64,000 bases of DNA from Camelus dromedarius. Taxonomy: Eukaryota. Below, in pieces: positions 52,020-64,000 of the stretch (its first letter is position 1; every line of letters starts with the position of its first letter). The DNA is taken from NCBI RefSeq assembly GCF_036321535.1, contig NC_087437.1, forward strand, positions 85,872,001-85,936,000, written 5' to 3'. The position numbers and the translations under genes were made by a program. The notes under the pieces are model-generated. The model made no database searches. It was not told where the DNA came from and worked only from the letters and a program-made list of their open reading frames with translations.

Positions 52020-52480
52020 ATTGAATTAGTTACCTAAGGCTGTGATTGTAAGTTACCACAAATTTGGTGGCTTAAAACAATAAAATTGTAGATTCTGGAG
52101 GCCAGGCACACAAAATCAAGATGTGGACAGGGCTCCACACCCTCTGGAAGCTCTAGGGAAGATCCTGTTTGTTGCATTTCCAGCATCTGGTGGTTGCTAG
52201 CATTCCCTGGCTTGAGGAAACAACACTCCAGTTTCTGCCTCCACATTCACATTACTTTTCCCTCTTCTGTGTGTCTCTCAAAACTCCCTTTGCCTTTCTC
52301 TTATAAAGACACTTGTGATGGCATTTAGGGCCTACCCAGATAATCTATGATAATCTCCTTATCTCAAAATCTTTAATTTAATTACACCTGCAAAGATTCT
52401 TTTTCCAAGTAAGGTAACATTTATAATTTTTGAAATTAGAACTTGATGTATTTGGGTGACCATTTTTTAATGGTCATACC
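52020..52480 (-). mobile_element. MaLR LTR (MLT1B/C-like)
   Basis: TTACCACAAATTTGGTGGCTTAAAACAA..TTCTGGAGGCCAG..TCTTATAAAGACACTTGTGATGGCATTTAGGGCC. Confidence 0.9.
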
Positions 52481-52489
52481 AATGGCCAT

Positions 52490-53140
52490 ACCAACTGCTG
52501 GTATATAAGGATGTGGACACCTACTTAGATATCTCAGATGATACTGGTGATAATCATTGTGAGAAATGGTTTGGCAATTTTTAGAAAGTTTACATACACA
52601 CTTACCATATAATCCTGCCATTCCACTCCTAAATTTTATCTAAGAGAAATTAAATCATAGATCCTTATAAAGAATTATATAAAAAAATTAGTAGCAGCTC
52701 TTCATGTAATAAGCAACAGCTGGAAACTACCCAAATGTCCACCAACAGTCAGTGGATAAATACTGTGGCATAACCACGGAAGTGAAAACCACTCAGCAGT
52801 CCAAAGAAGCTATAGGCTCATACTACTACATGAACGATTTTTAAAATAATTATACTGAGTAAAAGAAGCCAAACAAAAGCCAATTCAGAATGTATGATTC
52901 TATTTACATAAAATTCTAAGAAATTCAAACTAATGTAGAGTGATAGAAATTAGATTAGTGGTTGTTTGGGAGATGAGAGAGGAACAGAAGAGAGGCATTA
53001 CAAAGGATAACAAGGAAACTATTGGAGGTGATGAATGTGTCCGTTATCTTGATTATGGTGATGGTTTCATGGATATACACATATGGCAAAACATCAGTTT
53101 GTATGCTTTAAATATGTGTGGTTTATTGTTATGATAACAA
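52490..53140 (+). mobile_element. L1MB/L1ME-like 3' end
   Basis: CTTACCATATAATCCTGCCATTCCACTCCTA..CTGGAAACTACCCAAATGTCC..TATCTTGATTATGGTGATGGTTTCATGG. Confidence 0.85.
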
Positions 53141-54251
53141 TATTTGAAGGAAAATGCTAAAAAATAGTGGTAGAAAATATATCATAGTAAGCCAAAGAAG
53201 TGAAATATGAGAAAAATGGAGTTGTATCTGAAAGAATGCTGTTAAATGTAAGAAACAAAAAGCCAAATTTAAACTGACTTTTAGAAGGGAGTTTAATTGG
53301 CTTGTAATTATAAAAATGAAACTAGAAAACTTTTTACCATAGGAAAAAAGAGTTGGTTTAGGAAAAATTAACCAAGGGTAAATTAGCAGTGACACACAGG
53401 GAAAAGAAAAGGATAATAATACATCTGGAAGAGGACGCATTAGTTATTTATTCATCCTAATTGTGTACAATATGGGGCACACCTCAGTGCCTCAGCTCTC
53501 TGTTTCATTTTATACATTGCATTCTATAAAACAGTTTTCTGGGGAGAGGTCATAAATTACATAAAACTGAATAACAAAGCCATGGATATGAAAATAAGCT
53601 TAGGTATAAACATCCATTTATTGCATACCTACAATGTGCCAGAGACATTAACAACAATGATGATGATTAAGACACAAGCTATCATCGCTGTCCTTAATCA
53701 CAGAGGATTTCCCATCTGACATGTAATCATTTGGAAAACCAGTCCCCAAAACGATGAAAAGAGCTCAAATTCAATCTTAACTCCAACATATTTGTGTTTC
53801 TAAAAGGACCTAATGAAACCCTGAAAAAATTACTTCACCTTTTATATAGTTGCTGATGAGCTTTGATCCAATTCAAGCAAATATCTACGAGTGAATAGTG
53901 CAACCTAGTTTACCCACAGCAGCACCATTCTCTTGTGTAATATCCACTACATACAAATCATTGTTTAAAATAGTGATAAACATACACAACTACAAAAATT
54001 GGAAGAAAAAATCATATGAGACTTATAAAACAAACTGGGAGCCCACTGACATGATTTGCACACAGGGAAGCTGCAAAATTCTTTATTTTTATCAATTCTA
54101 TTATTTACAATCAAGACCTAAAATAAATCTACAATGTAGTCAGAAGTCCAATTGCATGAAACTTTCTCATAAACCTTATAATTTAAAATAAGAGAAAAGA
54201 AAGAAACATTTGACTGTTATCATTTGCCAATAAAGCCAGTTATTGGCCTAA

Positions 54252-54769
54252 AAATCAGAGACTGCCTGTGCCCCACTTCAAATATTCCTGACCTCACCTC
54301 TTATTCCAGCTGCTATACCAGTGACCCATTTCTTTACTAATTTTGATAAGCTTCACATAGGTGAAATTTTAGGTCATTGCTTCATATCTCCTGTCTTCAG
54401 GATGTTTTTAATGCCACAGTGTGGGATGTCAGCAGATACCTGCTCAGCATTTAAGCATGACCAATCTGGAAGTGTGGGAGAGTGAATGCCCAGGAGCCAT
54501 CCTTGATCAATGCGAGATGAAAGCCAAAGGATAAATGCTTCCTCCTTTCATCCCCCAGGCAGATAATTGTAAGACACGTTTCATAAAACACTTCATAAAG
54601 TGCAGTGGAATCAACTTGCAGTTTCTCACACTGATTGCCAACTTTATAATGCATCTTTATTTTAGTTTTCCCTCCTTCCCTGTTTTGCTCTACCATCTCT
54701 CACTCCTGTTCTCTCAGCATGTATTCCTTCCTCTCAGGCTCTGCTTTCTTGGGTACCACTGCTAAGGCA
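54252..54769 (+). mobile_element. LTR16-like 5' LTR
   Basis: GGATAAATGCTTCCTCCTTTCATCCCCCAGGCAGA..CTCAGGCTCTGCTTTC..CTAAGGCA, then a degenerate PBS GTTGTTACTTGAACTG. Confidence 0.75.
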
Positions 54770-57700
54770 GTTGTTACTTGAACTGACTGTATGTAACAGA
54801 TCTTCAGAATGAGCTTTGAAATCTGGATCAAGCTCCAATCAGACAGTGGATGGTATGTGTGGCAGGACCCTGGCATATAAGAGCATCACAATTAGTAAGA
54901 CTATCACCTTTGGTGACGGAATGAATGGAATGAAATATAAATGAGAAGTTCAAGTGCTGGCATTTGTGGCTACCAAAATACCATTTTATAGGATGTAATT
55001 TTACAGAATGGATTTAGGTGCCTTTAACTGATTGCTTTGAAAGCACTGAGGAAAGGAATGATAGGCTCCTTTTGGCTTACTCTCAACTCAAGGCATGCTT
55101 GAAAAGGAGGAAGGAGGACTGTAGAAGACTGTTTAAGGAGATCCACATCTGGCACGTACACAGGATACATCCGACTGAAAATCAGCCCCAAGAGTTTACT
55201 GTGAGCTGATAGAGCTGCAAAAGAACTGAATACATCGCCTTGATAGATTTGCTAAGTCAGCAGAGCCCTAATAAGAAAAAGTACAACTCTGAAAAAATTG
55301 GGTGGAGATTTTTTGGTGAAAAATTCTAAGAACCTTGAACCCACAGATAACCCTGAACCCTTCGAGGCAGTAGAAGCAGCCTCCTCCCCCTTAATAAAGC
55401 CGCCTTCCAGTCCCCGACTACCCTGCAAAGGCTCTAAGGCAGAGGCCTAGCCAGACTTTGCTTATTCTCTTCACAATGTACATCCACTCCACATCGCTTT
55501 CAGGCCAAACACTAAGGTTAGGTCTCAGTACAGCCTGAACAGGGAAATGCTATTTCTTATATATTGAAGGAATTACAGGGACTGCTAATATGTACCAGCA
55601 GAAACCAGAGGAATATATGTGTAAGTGAGTGGTCTTGAGGCTACTACACTGGGCAGTGGTCAGTGAAGGGATAAAGCAGAAGATAAGTTTAAACAGAGGA
55701 TAATTTATTGGTTTAGAATCCTGTGACTCAGAGTTAATGTTTTGGTAAGGACACCTAGTTTTGGCCCTAACACACTACATAGATGGCTCTTTGAAGCTTG
55801 GATCCAGTGATAGTTCTATATTAAATGAAGTAGAGATTATGAAACTTTCTTTGAATGGTACTGAGAAAGGGATCAGAAGACTTCAGGAAATGAAAACATT
55901 TAAACGAATTTACTAAGAGGGACTGGAAAACCTGATATCCGACTGCATTCCCTGGGAGGATCCACAGGACATATCTTCACAAAGATTTTAAGAAATGCAC
56001 TGGTGAGAGAGGCACTAGCATCTTTGAAAAGCTTAGTGGGTCTGACCTCTACAGTCAAGGAGTGATGGTACGAGATGCTTCCTACTGGGCTCACTGGTAT
56101 CAATAGGAATTATAGAATTCCAGAATGGCAGAGGCCAGCCACAGCACTTAAATGAATTCTGATACTGCAAAATTATAATCCCTCAACCAATTTCCAAATC
56201 TAATCAGTCTACATATCCAAAGTGCAATGTACTAGTTTGCTAGGGTTGCCACAGCAAAGTACCACAGACCAGGTGGCTTAATCAACACAAATTCATTTTC
56301 TCACAATTCTGGAGGCTAGATATCTGAGATAAAGAATTGGTTTCTTCTGCAGCCTCATTACTTGGCTTGTGGATGGCCATCTTCTCCCAAGGTCTTCACT
56401 GATCTTCCTTCTGTACCTGTCTATGTCCAAATTTTCTCTTCTTATAAGGACACCAGACATATTGGATTAGAGTTCACCCTAATGACCTCATTTTAACTTA
56501 ATTACCACTTAAAAATAACTATCTCCCAATACAGTCATATTCTTAGATATTGGAGAGTTGAAATTTTAACATATCAATTTAGAAAAAATGCAAGTCAGCC
56601 TATGACAAAGAAGTGAGATCCCCTTGATAAAAGGCTTCCACAAGCTTATATGATAAACATCCCTTTAACAACTTCCTAAAGGAACTTGTGACCCTATACT
56701 GGGAAAGAATAATACTCAAAGATTTTTAAGACACTGATACCAGAGGATCTGAAAGCCCATTATGGATCCTCTGATTTGTAAAGGGGTTTATATTTATAAA
56801 GATAATCTTAGTCCAAGCCCATTTCACAATGTTCCAAAATTCCTACTGATTGACTCAGTTGTTAAGTCCTCAAGCTCTAAAGTGCATAATTGACTAGATA
56901 TATTAAGCAGCTGGCATACCCTCATATTGGATCTCTGACCTATGATGCAAGGAAGGACAAGTGGAAGCACTTTAACCTGCCCCTAGACTGTCAGGCTGTA
57001 AAGAAAAAGCAGTATCGCTATCCTTGAGGAAGTGTAGATACTACTGCTACTTCCCATCAAACACTTTTTCAATTCACTTGCTTGTCTCTGAAAAAGCAGG
57101 TGGATCAAAGCAAATGAAGATGGACTGTTACAAACTTAACCAAATGTTAGACTTATTCACAGTTGCTTTTGCGCCGGAAGTAGCTCTTTACTGAAATATA
57201 CATAGTCTCTGATGCTTTGTGTGCAACTCTTGGTCTACTGGACACATTCTGTTCAATCTCTACTGGAAGGCAGAAAGGAGTTCTCTTTTACATGGGCAAG
57301 ACAGCAGTACACATTCACTGTCTTTCCTCTAGACTGTTAACTATCCCATTCTCTGTCCTCAGGGCACCATCCTGTTTCACAGGAAATTTGATCATCTTGA
57401 CAATCTGCAGAACATCACTGGCCAATTGTAATATGAAATAATACTAATTAGTACTCAAGAGGAGTGAATAATATGGTAAGACAGAATAGCCAGAGGGTAG
57501 AAGATAAATACCATGATGACTGAGGGTCCTACTCTACTGTGAGGTTTATAGGTATCCAGGGGTCAGGAGAATTCTGAGACATTCTGTTTAAGAGAAGGAC
57601 AAGCTGATGCATTTTGCAACACCTATAGAGAGAAAAAAGACATCATTTGATGGTCCTTTTTGGTATTTGGAAGAAATCTGAAAATTCTGTTTTGACCAAT

Positions 57701-58700
57701 TTATTAAGTGACTTACAATGCTGACAGTTTTGAAATAGTTCCCAGAGCAACGTAAGGTATTGCAGGAAGTCTAACCTGGGTGCTAACTGTCCTGACACTC
57801 AGATCATATGACCTAGCAGATCTGATGATGATAGAAGTATCCACAGCAGATTTAAAAGAGACTATGCAGAGTCTCTGGTAAGCCACAGTAGATATGTTGC
57901 TGCACAGACTCAGGACTTTGCAGCAAGGCCATGCTTTCTGTAGCACAGAACTACCAGCTCCTACTGTATTCATGGCCCTAGTAAAGACTTAAGAACTTGT
58001 CATGGGGTAATAAGGGACTGTGGATTGGAGCTGCCTGTCCTGTCACACAGAGGGCAGTGACCAACTGCATGATAGAAATGACACACTCAGGGTGGTGCCT
58101 GAGCAGGTCCAGAACATGCAAGTTATAAAAAGAAAAGATCCAGATCCTATTTCAGTTAACTCTGATATACACTTAGCCTTTTTGAAGAAGTGCCTAGAAC
58201 TAACTGACCACAAAGGAAAATATGTGGACTTGGTTCACAGAGGGATTGGTATTGGTAGTGGCCAAAAAGTGGCTACTGCTACCCTATATTCTCACTCAAG
58301 TATGGCTGGAGTGAGGAGCCAGGATTGCCACTAGAGTGGCCAGTAAGGAGCTGTCTGGAAAACAAGTGATTTCTGGAAGCCTCTCTTGGTGTGTCTATGC
58401 TCAGTAATAACTATGAACAAACTGTAACAACCAGAGTACAATAAAAAACAATTCAATTAAAGATTCAGCCCCTTCAGGGCTAAAGGATCATTTCAGTAGG
58501 CAAGCAACCTAGACAAGTTGAAATTCTGACTTGAGGGTTAGCTAAATGTAGAACTGAAACATGAAGAGGTAGATGATGAATATCAATTATGGCCTTGGGC
58601 AAGCCACACCACTGGGAATATAACCTTGTTCAAATAATCCCATGGATTCACCAAGTATGAATAGATCTGAGTACTACAAGGGTTGGACTACATACACCTC
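54770..58700 (+). mobile_element. HERV16/ERVL-class internal region (gag-pol remnant)
   Basis: KKQYRYP.G, FNSL..GGS..MDCYKLNQ, QQYTFTVFP, SYDLADLMMIEVS..SLW, GLCSKAM match ERVL pol; many stops. Confidence 0.85.
56228..56607 (-). mobile_element. MaLR LTR (MLT1A-like) inserted in the ERVL provirus
   Basis: TGTACTAGTTTGCTAGGGTTGCC..CTTCTTATAAGGACACCAG..CAGCCTATGACA. Confidence 0.9.
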
Positions 58701-59067
58701 TCTTGTGCCTATTTCACACCCGCCCAGTGTCACCCTTACTGCAGCTGCACCAACCAGACCAGTGGGGACTACAACCCGCTTCACACTGATGCACACTATA
58801 AGCGTGCTTGAAGTGCTCCTGGGAACTCGTTCAGCACTCATGTACTGCATGAGTGACCTAGAAACGTGAGTTACTGCCCAGTAGGGGGACAGGGACTTAT
58901 GGAAATATGCCCTCCTTTTAGTCCAAAAGTTCTAAAAACACATTTTTTTGTCTCAGGAGACAGTATACCCCTGTCCATCATTCCTGCTCCATGAGACCAT
59001 ATTCCCAAATAAACTACCTGCATGCAAAATCTCTCAGCCTTGCTTTTGGGGAAACTGGGTTGAGGCA
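58700..59067 (+). mobile_element. LTR16-like 3' LTR
   Basis: CCCAAATAAACTACCTGCATGCAAAATCTCTCAGCCTTGCTTTTGGGGAAAC..GAGGCA. Confidence 0.75.
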
Positions 59068-59208
59068 GCAACTGCCCATTTATTCTTGAGAACTTGCATT
59101 CTAAGGAAACATACTTAATATTAAACAGTTAAACATTTCCTCTTATATCAAATGTGCTATATTTTTATGCATTTCAAACTTTCCTTCCCAAAAGCCCTCC
59201 ATTACAAG

Positions 59209-59233
59209 CAATATATATATATATATATATATA
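59209..59233. repeat. (AT)n microsatellite
   Basis: Read directly. Confidence 0.95.
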
Positions 59234-60209
59234 TTTCATGAACTTGGAAGATTCATGTTTTCTACTTTTTAATGAAATTCAACCATTACATCAAATATAA
59301 TTGACCTACCTTAAAATGTAAGGACATCAGCTATTATTAATTGTTTTAAGGAATATTTGGAACACGATCACAGTTAGAATATATATAAAGTTCTATATGA
59401 TAAAAAATTAACTTACTAACCTTGGAGCATTTTCTCTGCATCAGCAACATTTTAGAGCATTAGAAGAGAAGCAATATCTCAAATTGTAAAACTTTCTTTA
59501 ACAACACATCAAAGGGGGAAAATAGACAAGTTAGCTTCAAATAATGAAACTTGCTTCTCAAGAGAGCAGTTGTCTAAAAAAGTAAAACCCTCTGTTTACT
59601 CTCTGTAACTGCCTATTACTTCACCTATTATCTATCACCTCTCTGCCCTTGGAGAATTCACTTTAAATGTGTTTACAAGGGCAAAGACAAGTTTAAGGCA
59701 ATTATCAAAGAAAGTGGAGCAGCACGGTACACAGAGAAATAGGCATTGTGCTTATTTTTTCTTTAATCTACATATTTCCCAGGATTTGGCTTATGCCTAA
59801 CTTTAGTTATCCCCCTTTCTTCCATCATGTACCTCTTGATCTATAGCCAATATTTCAAAATCATATGTGGATGCTCATTTTCTTCTTCTTTATGTTTCTA
59901 CTTCTTTAATTCATGATTTCTTTTTCATAATATAATTCTCAATTGCTTGGGTATACTTAAATTTCTTATACATATTTGCATATCATTCTAAAATTCTTTG
60001 TAAACTCATCTCTATAGTTTGAAATACCTTCATTTCCATATCACTGTGATATTTTAGTTTATCACTGTTAGATTTCCTATGGTTGTGTTTAGATTTTCTG
60101 AGGTTATGTTACTTGATTTTATAAATATATTTCATTTAAAAACTTTTATTGGTACCTGCATAAATTTATGGAATTATATATTTAATGGCAACAAAATATA
60201 AAGTAATAT

Positions 60210-60850
60210 ATAGGCAATTTTTTAAAACATCATATACCATACAGATGAAATTCCAGTAAGATGGGCATTCAAACATTGCTGTTGAGAATATGAATTTGCT
60301 ACAAACTTTTTCATAAAAAACTATGTACAACCAATGTTGTACAATTCAAGTCAGTATGTCAGAAAGGTCATACTTTTTTGATCCATAATGTATCTTATTA
60401 TCTATCCTATGGAAATATCCAGAAATGTAGTCAAAACCTTATGTGAAAAAACATCTATTCATTTGAGCAGTATTTATACTAGTAGAAAATTGGAAAAAGC
60501 TATAAAACTTACAAGATTATAAATAAAGTATATCTTCACTATTGAATTAATGGTATTTAAAAAGCATATATGGATAAAATTTTAACAATAAACTGCTTAT
60601 GATATAATGTTAAACAGGAAACAAATACTGAATAGAACATTGAATATCCACTATTGTCAAAAATTTTACATAGATCATAAATGTATAAAAATCAGGTATA
60701 AAGTAAAACAACCAGTAAAGTTTTTTCAGAATCATGGGGTATCAGGTGATTTTTATTTATTTATTTGTTTGCCTGTATTTCATATAACTGGTCCCTAGTC
60801 AACATGTATTTTTTATATCAATCAGAAAAAAACTATTTTTTTAAAGATTA
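60210..60850 (+). mobile_element. Very old L1ME-like 3' end
   Basis: CATTCAAACATTGCTGTTGAGAATATGAATT..TTTTGATCCA..CTATCCTATGGAAATA..AAATTGGAAA. Confidence 0.65.
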
Positions 60851-61629
60851 AAATCAAATTTCTGTGTTCTATTTCTTTTATAATTAGGAAGTAGACCGGA
60901 GCTTTGCCATCATGATATTTAATTATCTAAGACATGAACGATTAATAAAATAAGGTTTCTCTGTGTTCCTGATGACTGCCTTAATTAAAACAATTTTATC
61001 TCAAGTGATAGAAATTCAAAATGTGTTATAACGACCCTGAGACATCTTACCAAAGATAATGAGTGGGAAATGTAGGTAGTCCCTGGAATTACACAGAAAA
61101 ATATTTTCTCTATATATGTCATCCATACCTTTTAGAGCAGCCTGGCTTTCTCCACAGGACAGAACATACATACACCATATTCTCTTTTGCATCTCATCTT
61201 ACAATATTGGCCAACTAGACAAAATATGATTCTCTGACTCAATTTCAGGATTCAGAAAGATTCTGACCAATCTGGCTTGAATCAGTTACAATCATTCACG
61301 GCTACAGGAAAATTGATAGGGAAACTTCTAGGAAACCACATTTATAGAGCTGAAAGAGTCAGAGAAGTTAATTCTCAGAAATGAGAAGATGTAGAGAATA
61401 CAATGTGCCCAGTACAGCAGCCATAAATTATAAATAAACTAATAAACTATTTCTACTTATATTATTTCAATTAATATTTTAATGGACTGTATTTTATAGT
61501 ACTATATAATAATAATTTGATCATGTAGATACTCTCAGTATTCTTTAAAACCATCTCTCAGTGTGTATTTTATAAATTTGTAATATATAGAATACCTATA
61601 TTATCTATACAATATATATTTTTAGAAAA

Positions 61630-61862
61630 TCTCTTCTCAAAATAGATATGCAAGCTACATATTTAATTTTAAATTAGTAGCACACATTTTTAAAAAGTAA
61701 AAATGAACAGCTGAAGTTAATTTTAATAGCATATTTAATTTCAGCAAATATTATTAAATAAATATTATCCCAAATATTATTATTTCAACATGTCACATTA
61801 GCTACATTTCCAGTTTTCAACAGTGTTTCTGGCTAATGGCTACTCTATTGGACAGTGTAACT
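61630..61862. mobile_element. hAT-Charlie MITE (MER3/MER33-like)
   Basis: ATGCAAGCTACATA..AAAAAGTAAAAA..CACATTAGCTACATTTC..TGGCTAATGGCTACTCTATTGGACAG. Confidence 0.75.
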
Positions 61863-63457
61863 CTAAAATATAGGGTCAATATAGGTAAATACATAGAATA
61901 TATGCTCTCTTTATGTGTATGTACTAAATATAGAATATATTTGTTCATGAATTTTATGTAAGTATGGACTATCTTTGTTCATGTATATTTTATAAAAGTT
62001 ATCATTATATTGATACAACATATGTAAAAATTATTATGAGAATAATATAAATATAAGTTGTAATAACTTAACTCAAATGCCAGTGCATCATGCATGAGTG
62101 CATATGACTTACGAGACCAATGTTGTACAGATTCAATTCAGCTTACTTCTCAAAGACATAAGAATGTAAGTATATTTGCATGAATCAATACATAAATTAA
62201 TTCAAACAATAATAGAAAAAGTGTATAAAGAATGAGTTAAATAATGGATGAAATAAACAAATTTCTGATTACTCTTCACCTGATGTTCATGATGACTCAC
62301 TAAACTTGCCTCTTATACCAGAGAAATGTTTTTTATAAAATATACCATTTTTTTAAATAAATAGGTAAAATAAATAGTTTCCATTGAATAGTATCAAATA
62401 GAAATAAGGAGTCTGATTCAAGAGAACTTAAAGCAAATACAATATTTCCCTTTAAAAAATTCAAAATCCTTTGTATTTTGTAAGATGCTTCATAAGTATT
62501 CGTAAGTGGATTTGAACATCACTTGCCACAAGCACAATTAGGGTGCTTAGAGTCAAATCAGAAATATAAATTGTGTAAGAAATTCATAAGGGGAAAAACA
62601 ACAACAACCCTGAAAGCTCTTCTCTTATTTATCTCAAGAAAAGGTGGAATCAGCTTTGAAGAACTTTATTGTTGTGTCTATTTTTCTTTGAAACTCTTTG
62701 AAAAATTATTTAAGCTTGTCAAGGACTGCCTTCATCTTAGTCTTTCATTTGAAGAATATCTTAGTGCAGTATGGTGCTGAGGAAAGTGATAAACTGGGGA
62801 AATATAAAGTTCTAGAAGGACATGGCTAAATGCTATCTGTTCTACAAAATGGGGATTGGAAGCAGGTAGGGCTTGTGAGGAACTCTGCAGCTTCATGTGC
62901 ATCTCTGCCTATGGTTTCTTTCTTCATGCCACCCTGAGTGGTCAAGTTGACCACTGGTGGTCAAGAGATTGGCTATCATATCATAAGCGAATTGAGAGCA
63001 GATGATTTCTCATCGCTGTCAATCATATCATCTTTGCTTTCCTCGTCTTTATCTTCACCTATGAAATTTAAGTGTGCTTTTTTGTGTAAGAAGAAATAAA
63101 TAAATGTTCAATGAGAGCCTCTGCCTTACCTTAGTTGATTTAGAGATTAAACAACCCAGGGTTAAAGTGAGAAGGGGCAGGATGACCTCTAAACTCTGCC
63201 AGGAGTCATCCCTTTAAATATATTTTCTCTTCTCAAATATGTAATTGGAGGAATGGCAACTGTTAGTACATAAGAGCAATGGTACCCTTTAGGATTGCCA
63301 ATTCTGTATTTACCCTTTCTCTTTATCAGCTGTGTAGGAATACAGAAAAGTAAACTCAGCAGTGTCTTTCCTTGGCTTAGGAGTAACCAGACATTTTCTG
63401 GAAACAATAAAATTTGGATACACATAAACATAAACCTAAGGATATTAAGACATTTAT

Positions 63458-63612
63458 CCTACAGTAGAGCCCAGGAACCTATATTCAGTACTTGTAATGG
63501 CATATAATGAAAAGGAATATATATATATATATATGAATCAGTATGCTGTACACCAGAAATTAACACAACATTGTAAATCAACTATACTTCAACAAAAACG
63601 TCAAACAAACAA
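63458..63612 (+). mobile_element. Short L1 3' tip
   Basis: ATGCTGTACACCAGAAATTAACACAACATTGTAAATCAACTATACTTCAA + A-rich tail; possible TSD AAGACA(G)TTTA. Confidence 0.85.
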
Positions 63613-63730
63613 AAGACAGTTTACAATTTTAAAAAAGTTAAGACACCTAAAATTTCTTTGAGAATGTTCATCATACACAATGGATCTACTTACTACAGTA
63701 GTGAATGCTCAACTTAAGAATGATAAATTC

Positions 63731-64000
63731 CCTCCACACAAAAACTACTAGAACTAATAAAAGAATTCAGCAAGGTAGCAAGATACAAGATTAATGTGCA
63801 AAAATCAGTTGCATTTCTTTACACTAATGATAAGTCAACAAGAAAAAAAAGTAAAGAAACAATCCCTTTTAAAATAGCACCCAAAGTAATAAAATGCCTA
63901 GGAATAAACATAAACAAGGATGAAAGACTTACACTTGGAGAACTACAAAACATTAATTAAGGAAATTAAAGAAGACTAAAAAAAATAGAAAGATATCCCA
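63731..64000 (+). mobile_element. L1 ORF2 fragment running off the window
   Basis: [47 protein letters not shown] is the post-RT region of L1 ORF2. Confidence 0.95.

Noticed and set aside
1..64000. CRISPR arrays, operons or other prokaryote-type systems
   Set aside because: The sequence is mammalian; there are no repeat-spacer arrays or long intact ORFs.

Overview
Mammalian, AT-rich, repeat-dominated non-coding DNA. It is very probably camelid (camel/alpaca/llama), because it carries a vic-1-type tRNA-derived SINE at ~25.6 kb and lineage-type L1 3' ends. I recognise no host protein-coding gene: the ORFs in the track are L1/L2/ERVL remnants, low-complexity translations or chance ORFs. The window holds many L1, L2, MIR, L3/CR1, MaLR and hAT fossils, three separate ERVL-class pol remnants (one a two-LTR HERV16-like provirus at ~54.3-59.1 kb) and a solo LTR with intact termini and TSD. 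The most unusual object is a 3.06-kb composite retroelement (39060-42121) bounded by a perfect 15-bp target-site duplication. It consists of an L1 5'UTR + ORF1, an inverted ORF2 scrap, a second antisense L1 scrap, an ancient L1MC-type 3' end and a poly(A) tail, and resembles an ORF2-less 'half-L1' (HAL1-type) or a chimeric retroposed transcript. A CpG-enriched promoter-like patch (~33.8-34.5 kb) and several minus-strand candidate exons (28.6, 23.3, 22.8 kb) suggest a possible spliced lncRNA or small-ORF transcript, which is unproven. Repeat family names come from recognition by eye and boundaries of old repeats are approximate.
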